Positions 8,838 through 17,024 of a stretch of DNA of 20,000 nt are shown here, piece after piece. The notes beneath the pieces were generated by a model that had not been told where the DNA came from, made no database searches, and was given only the letters and a program-made list of their open reading frames with translations. The DNA is from an uncultured virus (IMG/VR IMGVR_UViG_3300042882_001870) (taxonomy: Duplodnaviria; Heunggongvirae; Uroviricota; Caudoviricetes): the IMG/VR virus record IMGVR_UViG_3300042882_001870. One strand, given 5' to 3'. The position numbers were made by a program, and so were the translations under genes. The number at the start of each line of letters is the position of its first letter. The first letter of the stretch is position 1.

Positions 8838-8886
8838 TCCCTATCCTCGTTTTATAAATAATAGTATAATTAACCGAGGATAGGGA
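8838..8886 (+). promoter_or_regulatory. 12-bp inverted repeat enclosing a late promoter (TATAAATA 8853-8860); the 3' arm carries the purine-rich RBS
   Basis: TCCCTATCCTCG (8838-8849) is the exact reverse complement of CGAGGATAGGGA (8875-8886). ATG at 8893. Confidence 0.8.
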
Positions 8887-8892
8887 ATCGGA

Positions 8893-8961
8893 ATGTCAAC
8901 TAAAAATTTTATCACTAAGCATGGTATAGATGTCAATTATAAGGTGTGTATCGATGATTAA
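8893..8961 (+). pseudogene. 22-codon mini-ORF resembling the fibre N-terminal peptide (relic or leader peptide)
   Basis: MSTKNFITKHGIDVNYKVCIDD* aligns by eye with [23 protein letters not shown] of fibre 2 (NF..K.GI..N....I). Its end overlaps ATG 8954. Confidence 0.55.
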
Positions 8962-9271
8962 ATACTCATATAAAATAACAAAATTTAACATAAATCCAGA
9001 TTCTAAACAACTAACTTCTGTTGAGTGGTGGTATGTCGGTAAAGAAAACGATTGTAAATATGAAATTTATAACGTAACGCAATTAGACGTCAAAGGGAAA
9101 AAGTTTATTCCCCTAGAAAATTTACAAGAAAAAGAAGTAATTAAATTCATTGAAAGTTCTTTAGACAAAGAATATATTAAATCAATGAAAGAAGTTATTA
9201 CAATGGAAATCGATAAACAAAAAACTCCAGAAACAGTATCAATAACACCACCTTGGATAGAAAATGTCTAA
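8954..9271 (+). CDS. Hypothetical small phage protein
   Basis: ORF MIKYSYKITKF...FIPLENLQEKEVIKFIESSL...PPW. ATG 8954, coupled to the mini-ORF stop, is preferred over 8930. It overlaps the gp13 start. Confidence 0.7.
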   Translation: MIKYSYKITKFNINPDSKQLTSVEWWYVGKENDCKYEIYNVTQLDVKGKKFIPLENLQEKEVIKFIESSLDKEYIKSMKEVITMEIDKQKTPETVSITPPWIENV

Positions 9272-10010
9272 CGTATCAACAAGAGACGAATTAAAAGATT
9301 ATTGTTTAAGAAGACTTGGCTTTCCAGTAATTGAGATAAATGTATCTGAAGAGCAAATTGAGGATCGTTTGTCTGATTGTATGCAGTTTTACATTGATTA
9401 TCATTATGATGCAACTTCTAAAGCATATTATAAACACACAATAACTCAAGAAGATATTGAAAATAGATATATAACGGTTCCAGATTCATTAATTGGGGTT
9501 ACTAGAATATTACCGCTGAACAATTTGCTGAGTAAGTCGTATATGTGGGATATTCGGTATCAACTAATCCTCAACAACCTTTGGGATTTAACCTCTACTT
9601 CTATGGTTCCGTATACTATAGCAATGCAACATATTCGCGGATTAGAAATGTTGTTTAACGGCGAAATTCCCATAAGGTTTCAAAGACATCAAAATAAAGT
9701 TAAGATTGATATGGGTTGGGGTACTGAACAATGTCCAGAAGGAACCGTTATTGTTATTGAAGGATACCAAATAATAGACCCAGAAGAATACTCCGACGTG
9801 TTTAACGACCGTTGGATTAAAAGGTATTCTACAGCATTGATAAAACGTCAGTGGGGAGAAAATATGAAGAAATTCGGGCAAATTTCTCTACCGGGTGGCG
9901 TTACTTTAAATGGGGATAGAATATATCAAGAAGCAGTTGATGAAATTTCAACACTAGAAAACGAAATGTTGGTTAAATATTCAGAACCGCCAGAATTCAT
10001 GATTGGGTAG
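9264..10010 (+). CDS. gp13: Neck protein gp13
   Basis: ELKDYCLRRLGFPVIEINV...WIKRYSTALIKRQWGENMKKF..ISLPGGVTLNG, characteristic of T4-like gp13; synteny. Confidence 0.93.
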   Translation: MSNVSTRDELKDYCLRRLGFPVIEINVSEEQIEDRLSDCMQFYIDYHYDATSKAYYKHTITQEDIENRYITVPDSLIGVTRILPLNNLLSKSYMWDIRYQLILNNLWDLTSTSMVPYTIAMQHIRGLEMLFNGEIPIRFQRHQNKVKIDMGWGTEQCPEGTVIVIEGYQIIDPEEYSDVFNDRWIKRYSTALIKRQWGENMKKFGQISLPGGVTLNGDRIYQEAVDEISTLENEMLVKYSEPPEFMIG

Positions 10011-10016
10011 AAAATA

Positions 10017-10889
10017 ATGCCAACAAACCCATATTTCGATTTCTATAAGAATAGACCAGAACAAAACCTCGTAGAAGATTTAATTCACGAGGCAGTTAAG
10101 ATGTTCGGGTTTGATTGTTATTACATACCCAGAAATGAAGCTGCTGTATCTGATCTACTTTATGGCGATGACCCGTTAAAGAAATTTGATGCTGCATACC
10201 CTATGGAAGTGTATTTAACAAATTCTGTAGATCCCGGCATGAACAACGATTTCTTTTCTAAATTCGGGCTAGAAATTAAAAATACAATTAGAATTCAAGT
10301 GCCTAGAAGAGCATTTGCTAAAAGAGTACCTCAAGATACCCACACCAGACCAAAGGAAGGGGATTTAGTGTATATTCCATTTTTGTCTGGTACTGGCGAA
10401 TTATATGAAATTAAATATACCAACGACGCCACAGACTATTTCACTTTGGGTAGAAAACAGCCATATTATTGGGAACTTGAACTAGAATTATTCAAATATT
10501 CTCATGAAGATATGAATACGGGGGTAGAAGAGATAGACGTTGTTGAACAAGTTAATTCTTTTGCTATTGATTATATATTGGATACTGGTACTGGCAACTT
10601 TAAAGTCAACGAATTAGCATATCAAGGTCCGGTAGGTTCACCAACAAGTTTCGCCACAGTACAAAATTGGAACGCTCCAACAAAAACTTTAAAAGTTACC
10701 AATATGTCTGGTATATTTGATTCTGATTTAAACGTTATTGGTTCTGAATCCGGAGCAAATTACTCTATACAGAATTTTGATGAATTGGATAACCCTCAAA
10801 TTAGAGACGGTTGGGATAATAAGGTTATTGAAGATATTAGCGATACAGTAATAGATACTTCGGAAAGTAACCCATTTGGAATATTATAA
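10017..10889 (+). CDS. gp14: Neck / head-completion protein gp14
   Basis: NPYF..EQNLVEDLIHEAVKMFG..YYIPR, FFSKFGLEI, RPKEGDLVY, C-terminal ESNPFG; synteny. Confidence 0.92.
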   Translation: MPTNPYFDFYKNRPEQNLVEDLIHEAVKMFGFDCYYIPRNEAAVSDLLYGDDPLKKFDAAYPMEVYLTNSVDPGMNNDFFSKFGLEIKNTIRIQVPRRAFAKRVPQDTHTRPKEGDLVYIPFLSGTGELYEIKYTNDATDYFTLGRKQPYYWELELELFKYSHEDMNTGVEEIDVVEQVNSFAIDYILDTGTGNFKVNELAYQGPVGSPTSFATVQNWNAPTKTLKVTNMSGIFDSDLNVIGSESGANYSIQNFDELDNPQIRDGWDNKVIEDISDTVIDTSESNPFGIL

Positions 10890-11908
10890 TGACCGCAATA
10901 AACCATTATCATAAATGTGTCCGCAAAATCACTTCTGCGTTTGCTTCAATATTTAATAATATAGTATTAATTAGGGACAATAACCAAAGAATCGTTGTTC
11001 CTATAGAATATGGAGATAAAGAAAAATTTGTTAAGAGGTTGCAAGGCGATCCAGAATTGGATAAAAAAGTCCAAGTCCTTTTACCTAGAATGTCTTATGA
11101 GATGGTTGGGTTTAATTATGATAAGGATAGAAAATTAAATACAAACAATAAAAATTTCTCTTCAAATCCGGATAATGCAGATAAAGCGTTTATGCAATAT
11201 AATCCGGTTCCTTACGATTTCAATTTTGGATTGACAATATATACCAGAAATGTTGAAGATGGAAATCAAATTATAGAACAAATCCTTCCATACTTTACCC
11301 CAGATTATTCTTTAAGAGTTACTTTAGTACCAGAAATGGGTATAACTAAAGTAATACCTATTGTTTTAAACGACGTTAGATTAATTATAGAATCTGATGG
11401 GATGTTTAATACAGAAGTAAGAACAGTAATTTGGACTTTGAGTTTTACAGCTAAAGGGTTTATATTTGGGGCAGTTAAAGATGTTCCTATCATCAAAGAA
11501 GTAAACGAAAATTTCTTATTTGGTATTGGTGGTTCTTTCGATTCTGGAATCGGTACTTCTTGTAATCCAAATGGATCAAAATCTTTTAATGTGGACCCCG
11601 ACGGATATGGCGACTATATAAATGGAGAATGGGTTTATCAGGGACAAAAATACGATTTGGCGTATGCTACTGGTAAGGTTGGGGATTGGAATGCAAATTC
11701 TAATACTGTTTATATTACCGATATTATGGGCAATTTCAAACTTAATCAACCAATAGTAGGAACAGATTCTCTTTCTATTCACGTACCAATTTCTGCCACA
11801 TCAAACGATATGATAGCGTTCACAAAAACAATTACGGTATCCCCGAATACAGCAAACGCTAATTCTTACTGGCAACCAGAACTATCTATTACAGAATACG
11901 TTACATAA
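10889..11908 (+). CDS. gp15: Tail sheath stabiliser / tail terminator gp15 with C-terminal extension
   Basis: VPIEYGDKEKF, LPRMSYEM, YNPVPYDFNF, QIIEQILPYFTPDY, IWTLSFTAK. TAATG overlap with gp14. Confidence 0.92.
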   Translation: MTAINHYHKCVRKITSAFASIFNNIVLIRDNNQRIVVPIEYGDKEKFVKRLQGDPELDKKVQVLLPRMSYEMVGFNYDKDRKLNTNNKNFSSNPDNADKAFMQYNPVPYDFNFGLTIYTRNVEDGNQIIEQILPYFTPDYSLRVTLVPEMGITKVIPIVLNDVRLIIESDGMFNTEVRTVIWTLSFTAKGFIFGAVKDVPIIKEVNENFLFGIGGSFDSGIGTSCNPNGSKSFNVDPDGYGDYINGEWVYQGQKYDLAYATGKVGDWNANSNTVYITDIMGNFKLNQPIVGTDSLSIHVPISATSNDMIAFTKTITVSPNTANANSYWQPELSITEYVT

Positions 11909-11916
11909 ACATTATT

Positions 11917-12360
11917 ATGAGCAAATTTGATGAAAAAATGGAAAACTTTTTTGAAGTTGCTCCATCTGAACCCAACAACCTTCCAGAGAAAATTTCTTCT
12001 TCAGAACCAATACCCCATGAAACTCTAGACGTAGATTTAAAGAAAGACTACGAAACAGCCAGGGAAAATTTTCACGAATTGATTGAGGTTGGTAAAGACG
12101 CAGTACAAGATATATTAACTATCGCAAGGGAAAGCGAAAAAGGAAGGGATTTTGAAGTTGCTGCAAATTTGCTTAAAAACGTATTGGACGCAAACCAACA
12201 ATTATTAGATATACATAAAAAAGTAAGAGATATTTCTAATTACAAAAATCAAAAAGAAGAAAAAACCACAATCAATAATGCTTTATTTGTTGGTAGTACG
12301 ACAGAATTAAGCAAAATGCTCAAAGATCTAAATTCAAAAGAAAAAATTATCGAAAATTAA
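11917..12360 (+). CDS. gp16: Terminase small subunit gp16
   Basis: DYETARENFHELIE.G, FEVAANLLK, NNALFVGSTTELSKML; directly upstream of the large terminase. Confidence 0.88.
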   Translation: MSKFDEKMENFFEVAPSEPNNLPEKISSSEPIPHETLDVDLKKDYETARENFHELIEVGKDAVQDILTIARESEKGRDFEVAANLLKNVLDANQQLLDIHKKVRDISNYKNQKEEKTTINNALFVGSTTELSKMLKDLNSKEKIIEN

Positions 12361-12363
12361 ATT

Positions 12364-13251
12364 ATGATAGAGTCTTCTTATAGAGCTAATCCACAGCTCA
12401 AGCGTGAAGGAATACAAATAGAGTTTACTCAGGAGCAAGTAGAAGAATATATTAAATGCGCGTCTGATCCAATATATTTCATCCAAAATTATGTAAAAGT
12501 GGTCCATGTAGATAAAGGCGTTATTCCTTTTAATATGTGGGATTTCCAAAAAGACATGATTAAAACGTTTCACGAAAACCGTTTTAGTATTGTTAAGTGT
12601 CCTCGTCAGGTGGGAAAAACAGTTTCTTCTGTGGCGTACATTCTTTGGATGACTTTATTCAATGACGATCAAAACATAGCAATCCTAGCAAACAAAGGCG
12701 ACCTAGCAAGAGAAATTCTCGATAGATACCAACTCGCATATGAAAACTTGCCTATTTGGTTACAACAGGGAGTTAGAGTTTGGAATAAAGGTTCTATTGA
12801 ATTAGAAAACGGTTCGAAAGTATTGGCGTCTGCTACTTCTTCAAACGCCATACGTGGTGGCTCTTTCACATGTGTCTTTTTGGACGAATTTGCATTCGTT
12901 CCTTCTAATATAGCAGAAAATTTCTTCACATCTGTTTATCCAGTAATATCTTCTGGTAAAACAACTAAGATGATTATTGTTTCTACTCCAAACGGTATGA
13001 ATTTGTTTTATAAAATGTGGACTGATGCTGTATCAAAAAGAAGTGAATATAAAACTTTTAGTATCCATTGGGGAATGGTTCCCGGAAGAGACGAAAAGTT
13101 TAAAGAACAAACAATCAAGAATACTTCGCTACGGCAATGGCAACAAGAATTTGAATGCGTTCATGGAGAAACTTTAATAGAAATTTTAGACACAAAAACA
13201 AATCAAACAATATCTATACCAATAAAAGATTTTTACGAAGATTTTGTTTGA
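12364..13251 (+). CDS. gp17: Terminase large subunit gp17, N-terminal (ATPase) fragment fused to split-intein N half
   Basis: Walker A KCPRQVGKT, Walker B VFLDEFAF, coupling motif VSTPNG. The extein ends at QQEFE (aa 264), followed by the intein block-A-like CVHGETLIEI...FV*. Confidence 0.93.
   Translation: MIESSYRANPQLKREGIQIEFTQEQVEEYIKCASDPIYFIQNYVKVVHVDKGVIPFNMWDFQKDMIKTFHENRFSIVKCPRQVGKTVSSVAYILWMTLFNDDQNIAILANKGDLAREILDRYQLAYENLPIWLQQGVRVWNKGSIELENGSKVLASATSSNAIRGGSFTCVFLDEFAFVPSNIAENFFTSVYPVISSGKTTKMIIVSTPNGMNLFYKMWTDAVSKRSEYKTFSIHWGMVPGRDEKFKEQTIKNTSLRQWQQEFECVHGETLIEILDTKTNQTISIPIKDFYEDFV
13156..13248 (+). mobile_element. Split intein N-fragment (IntN, 31 aa)
   Basis: CVHGETLIEILDTKTNQTISIPIKDFYEDFV: Cys1 plus block-A pattern (CxxGxTxI ... 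IPIKDF), then a stop codon. Confidence 0.88.
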
Positions 13252-13268
13252 TTAAGACTTTTTTGCTT

Positions 13269-13276
13269 TATAAATA
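13269..13276 (+). promoter_or_regulatory. T4-type late promoter TATAAATA inside the fractured terminase locus
   Basis: Exact consensus in the 52-nt gap between the IntN stop and the HNH start. Confidence 0.72.
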
Positions 13277-13303
13277 TTATATTTTAGAAATATAGTTCAT
13301 AAT

Positions 13304-13867
13304 ATGTGCGATAATTATAGAAAAATTTGGGAAAATCGTTTTGGGAAAATCCCTTTTGATGATAACGGAAGAACTTTTGAAATACACCATATAGACGGTA
13401 ATAAGTCAAATAACGATATAAACAATTTATTGTGCGTTAGTATTCAAGAACATTATGAAATACACTATAAAAATGGAGATTATGGAGCTTGTGTTATGAT
13501 AGCAAAACGCATGTCTTTACCTCCAAATTATATTTCTGAGATACAGAAAGGTGTTAAGAGACCGAGAATAGGTGGCGTTAAAAAGGGAACCAAACCTTGG
13601 AACAAAGGTTTAACTGGATATAAATTGAATTTAACTGAAGAAGGAAAGCAAAAACAAAATCAAGCAAAACCTAGAAAAATATCAGAAGAAAATGTAAGGG
13701 TAATTATAAAAAACTATAAAGATAGAATTTTTATAGAAGACGACAGAATAGGAAAAACGCAAAAAAATGGTAAAAAATTAACATACGAAAAAGCTTTTGC
13801 AGAATATTATTCTAAAATTTATAATGTTACTGATACTAGAATTTTGCAAATAATAAAAAATGTTTAA
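13304..13867 (+). CDS. Free-standing HNH homing endonuclease
   Basis: YRKIWE...EIHHIDGNKSNNDINNLLCVSIQEHYEIH (HNH motif), basic KPWNKG (NUMOD-like) segment and a possible C-terminal helix-turn-helix. It sits between the intein halves. Confidence 0.88.
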   Translation: MCDNYRKIWENRFGKIPFDDNGRTFEIHHIDGNKSNNDINNLLCVSIQEHYEIHYKNGDYGACVMIAKRMSLPPNYISEIQKGVKRPRIGGVKKGTKPWNKGLTGYKLNLTEEGKQKQNQAKPRKISEENVRVIIKNYKDRIFIEDDRIGKTQKNGKKLTYEKAFAEYYSKIYNVTDTRILQIIKNV

Positions 13868-14174
13868 AGAAAATAATAGATATTTAATAAAAACCCCTTT
13901 AGGGTTTGAATCCTTTAAGGGTATACAAAATAAAAAAATTAATATATTATATACTTTTATTTTTGAAGACGGGGAATCAATAAAGTGTTCTGGAGGTCAC
14001 AAATTTTTAACTGACATCGGATTTTTAGAAGCCAAAAATATAACTCTAAAAAACACGATAACAAACAAAAAAATAAAAGATATAGTAACAGAAAACGGAA
14101 TTTTTGATGTATATGAACCTATATCTGTTGGAACGTATAAAACATATTTTACTAACAACGTCATTTCTCACAAT
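13860..14174 (+). mobile_element. Split intein C-fragment (IntC, 105 aa)
   Basis: IKTPLGF, block B IKCSGGHKF, block F DVYEP, block G YFTNNVISHN followed by Cys+1 at 14175. Confidence 0.9.
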
Positions 14175-15071
14175 TGTGATTTCCTGGGTTCAACAAACAC
14201 CCTCATATCTGGCGAAAAACTGGCTACAATAGCATATAAAGAATCATTAAAAAAATATGCGGATATGATAGTTTATGAAGACCCTATAAAAGAATCTTAT
14301 GATGAGGATACTGGAGAGTTATTAACTAGAGATCATTTATACGCAATGACTGTAGACGTTTCAGAAGGTAAAAATTTAGATTATTCTGCGTTTTCTGTTT
14401 TTGACGTTTCAACTATGCCTTATAAGCAAGTTGCTGTTTATAGAAATAACGCAATACCTCCAATGTTATACCCAACTGTTCTTAAAATGTGTGCTGAATA
14501 TTATAATAACGCTCATGTATTAATTGAAGTAAATAATAATCCACAAATAGCAGACGTTTTAATTGAAGATTTAGAATATGAAAACGTATTAAAGGTTTCT
14601 TCTGGTAATAAGCGAGCACAAACATTATGTTTATACGGAGGTAGAAACGTTGCTATGGGATTAAAAATGAGCCCACTAGTTAAACGTATTGGTTGTTCTA
14701 CTCTAAAAACCCTAGTCGAAACGGATAAATTGGTTATACAAGATTTTGAAACTATATCCGAATTAACAACATTTGTGCAAGACGGTCCGTCATATAAAGC
14801 CGAAGAAGGGGCAAACGACGATCTTGCTATGACTTTGGTCATATTTGGTTGGTTGGCAACACAAAAAATGTTTAAAGAAATAGTAGATCACGACCTCAGA
14901 AAACAACTTCAGTTAGAACATTTTAACTTTTCTGAAGAAGACCAACTACCTTTGGGCGAATTAGACAACGGATTAAAATTTGAACATTTTGTAGAAGGTA
15001 ATTCCGTTTGGATAGAAACGTCTGACCCAGACCCATATAAACTTATTTTAAAGGATATGTTAGATTTTTAA
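13860..15071 (+). CDS. gp17: Split-intein C half fused to terminase large subunit gp17 C-terminal (nuclease) fragment
   Basis: aa 1-105 are intein-like and end in VISHN. The extein begins CDFLGSTNTLISG and contains RNase H-like terminase motifs (TVDVSEGKNLDYSAF, LIEVNN, GANDDLAM). Confidence 0.93.
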   Translation: MFKENNRYLIKTPLGFESFKGIQNKKINILYTFIFEDGESIKCSGGHKFLTDIGFLEAKNITLKNTITNKKIKDIVTENGIFDVYEPISVGTYKTYFTNNVISHNCDFLGSTNTLISGEKLATIAYKESLKKYADMIVYEDPIKESYDEDTGELLTRDHLYAMTVDVSEGKNLDYSAFSVFDVSTMPYKQVAVYRNNAIPPMLYPTVLKMCAEYYNNAHVLIEVNNNPQIADVLIEDLEYENVLKVSSGNKRAQTLCLYGGRNVAMGLKMSPLVKRIGCSTLKTLVETDKLVIQDFETISELTTFVQDGPSYKAEEGANDDLAMTLVIFGWLATQKMFKEIVDHDLRKQLQLEHFNFSEEDQLPLGELDNGLKFEHFVEGNSVWIETSDPDPYKLILKDMLDF

Positions 15072-15083
15072 AACGCTCAATTT

Positions 15084-15091
15084 TATAAATA
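15084..15091 (+). promoter_or_regulatory. T4-type late promoter TATAAATA
   Basis: Exact consensus, intergenic, upstream of the AGGAG RBS and gp18. Confidence 0.8.
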
Positions 15092-15125
15092 ATTATATCA
15101 ATTTACACTATAATAGGAGATAAAA

Positions 15126-16916
15126 ATGAGTGTTTTAAATATGTTATCCCCAGGAATTCAAGTAAACGAAGTAGATTTGACTACTATCGTTCCTGGAGTA
15201 TCTACTTCTGTAGGAGCATTCGTTGGGGAATTCAATTGGGGACCAGTTAATCAACCAGTGCTCATTTCTAACGAGACGCAATTACTATCGGTTTTTGGAA
15301 AACCCACAACAGAAACTTCAGATTCTTATGTTGCTACTTCTTTCTTTTCTTGTGCAAACTTTTTGTCTTATACAAATTCTTTGTATGTAACAAGAACTAT
15401 TAACGCAAATAGCGCATTAAACGCCTCAACAGACAGAACAGCAAATAAAATTTTAATTTCCAACGAAGACGCATACGAAAATAATTATTTAAATGCTAAT
15501 AATGAATTCTTATACGGCGACTTTGTAGCAAAATATCCCGGAAAAATTGCCAATGGACTTCAAATTTCTTTGTGCGCAAATTCTGCTGGTTTTTCTTCTT
15601 GGTCTTATAAGAACTATTTCGATAACGCTCCAGGAACATCAACTTATGTCGCAGAAACGACTGGAAATTACTCTGCCAATGACGAATTCCATATGATTGT
15701 TATCGACAGTTTGGGGAAAATGTCTGGTAAAGCTAATACAATCCTTGAAAAATTTGCATTTTTATCAAAAGCAAAAGATGCAGTAGATATTAACGGAAGA
15801 AGTTCTTATTTCAAAAACGTTTTGCTACAATCATCGAATTATTTGTATGTGTTAGACAACCCAGATTATGCAAATACAGCCAATACTTGGGGAAAACTTT
15901 CTTCAGACGTTGTTTCTTATGATTCACCCATTAACTTTAATGTGACATTAAATGGTGGGTCTGATGGTGTCGCCCCAACGACTGCAAACGTTACTTCTTC
16001 TTGGGATTTAATCAACGATAAAGATAAGTATGAAATTTCTTTGGCTTTTCTAGGCGCAGCAGCACCAAATAATGACGCGACACCAATTGTCGCGCAACAC
16101 GTATTAGACAATATTATTCTTGGAACTAGCGGCGAAACCCCAATTATCGGAAGAAAAGATTGTATGTTATTTGTATCTCCTCGCATAGGAGACGTATTAA
16201 ACGAATCAGGATTTGAAGTCGATAATATAGTAACAAACAACCTTTCTTTCTTAAACGTCTTGAATAGAAGTTCTTCTTATATGGTTGTGGATTCTGGTTG
16301 GAAGTACCAATACGACCGCTATAATAATGTTTACCGTTGGATTCCATTAAACGCAGATATTGCAGGGCTTTGCGCGTATACCGATTCTGTTGCTGATCCT
16401 TGGTATTCTCCTGCTGGATTTAATAGAGGTAAAGTTAAAAATGCAGTAAAGCTTGCTTGGAATCCTAATTTAACACAAAGAGACGAATTATATAAGAATG
16501 GAATCAATCCAGTAGTTTCTGTTACTGGTGATGGGGTTGTCCTTCTTGGAGATAAAACTCTACAAAGAAAACCTTCTGCGTTCGATAGAATTAATGTTCG
16601 TAGATTATTCATTACTCTTGAAAAATCTATTTCTAGAGCAGCAAAATTCAGCCTATTTGAATTTAACGATCCGTTCACTAGATCACAATTCGTCGCTTTA
16701 ATTGAACCATACCTACGTTCAGTACAAGCAAGAAGGGGTATTACCGCATTTAGAGTAGTTTGTGACGAAACCAATAATACTTCAGATATTATTGATAGAA
16801 ACGCTTTTGTTGGTGATATCTATATTAAACCAGCAAGAAGCATCAACTTTATCCAATTAAACTTTGTTGCAGTAAAAACTGGTGTGGACTTTAATACAGT
16901 TGTAGGACAATTCTAA
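15126..16916 (+). CDS. gp18: Tail sheath protein gp18
   Basis: LSPGIQVNEVDLT, FNWGPV, PWYSPAGFNRG, SAFDRINVRRLF, IYIKPARSINFIQLNFVA. Confidence 0.96.
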   Translation: MSVLNMLSPGIQVNEVDLTTIVPGVSTSVGAFVGEFNWGPVNQPVLISNETQLLSVFGKPTTETSDSYVATSFFSCANFLSYTNSLYVTRTINANSALNASTDRTANKILISNEDAYENNYLNANNEFLYGDFVAKYPGKIANGLQISLCANSAGFSSWSYKNYFDNAPGTSTYVAETTGNYSANDEFHMIVIDSLGKMSGKANTILEKFAFLSKAKDAVDINGRSSYFKNVLLQSSNYLYVLDNPDYANTANTWGKLSSDVVSYDSPINFNVTLNGGSDGVAPTTANVTSSWDLINDKDKYEISLAFLGAAAPNNDATPIVAQHVLDNIILGTSGETPIIGRKDCMLFVSPRIGDVLNESGFEVDNIVTNNLSFLNVLNRSSSYMVVDSGWKYQYDRYNNVYRWIPLNADIAGLCAYTDSVADPWYSPAGFNRGKVKNAVKLAWNPNLTQRDELYKNGINPVVSVTGDGVVLLGDKTLQRKPSAFDRINVRRLFITLEKSISRAAKFSLFEFNDPFTRSQFVALIEPYLRSVQARRGITAFRVVCDETNNTSDIIDRNAFVGDIYIKPARSINFIQLNFVAVKTGVDFNTVVGQF

Positions 16917-16935
16917 CATAAATTAGAATAATAAT

Positions 16936-16964
16936 AAAAGGGGTCTTAGGACCCCTTTTTATTT
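16936..16964 (+). terminator. Rho-independent terminator after gp18
   Basis: AAAAGGGGTC-TTAG-GACCCCTTTT stem-loop followed by TATTT; A/T flanks on both sides, so possibly bidirectional. Confidence 0.85.
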
Positions 16965-16982
16965 GACGTAAATTAAGATTAT

Positions 16983-16990
16983 TATAAATA
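16983..16990 (+). promoter_or_regulatory. T4-type late promoter TATAAATA
   Basis: Exact consensus just after the terminator and upstream of the AAGGAG RBS of gp19. Confidence 0.8.
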
Positions 16991-17024
16991 CTTAAAAATA
17001 TTTACATTTCCAAGGAGAAATAAG

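Noticed and set aside
8715..8890. Short open frames on both strands of the intergenic gap (minus-strand ...FRSYSINLLGGSDS...; plus-strand KEESPKYLLQP...)
   Set aside because: No suitable start codon or RBS and no recognisable motif.
13156..14174. Group I intron or simple pseudogenisation of the terminase
   Set aside because: Both flanks translate into intact intein motifs (Cys1; His-Asn/Cys+1), catalytic terminase motifs are intact, and only 52 non-coding nt are available, too few for a ribozyme core.
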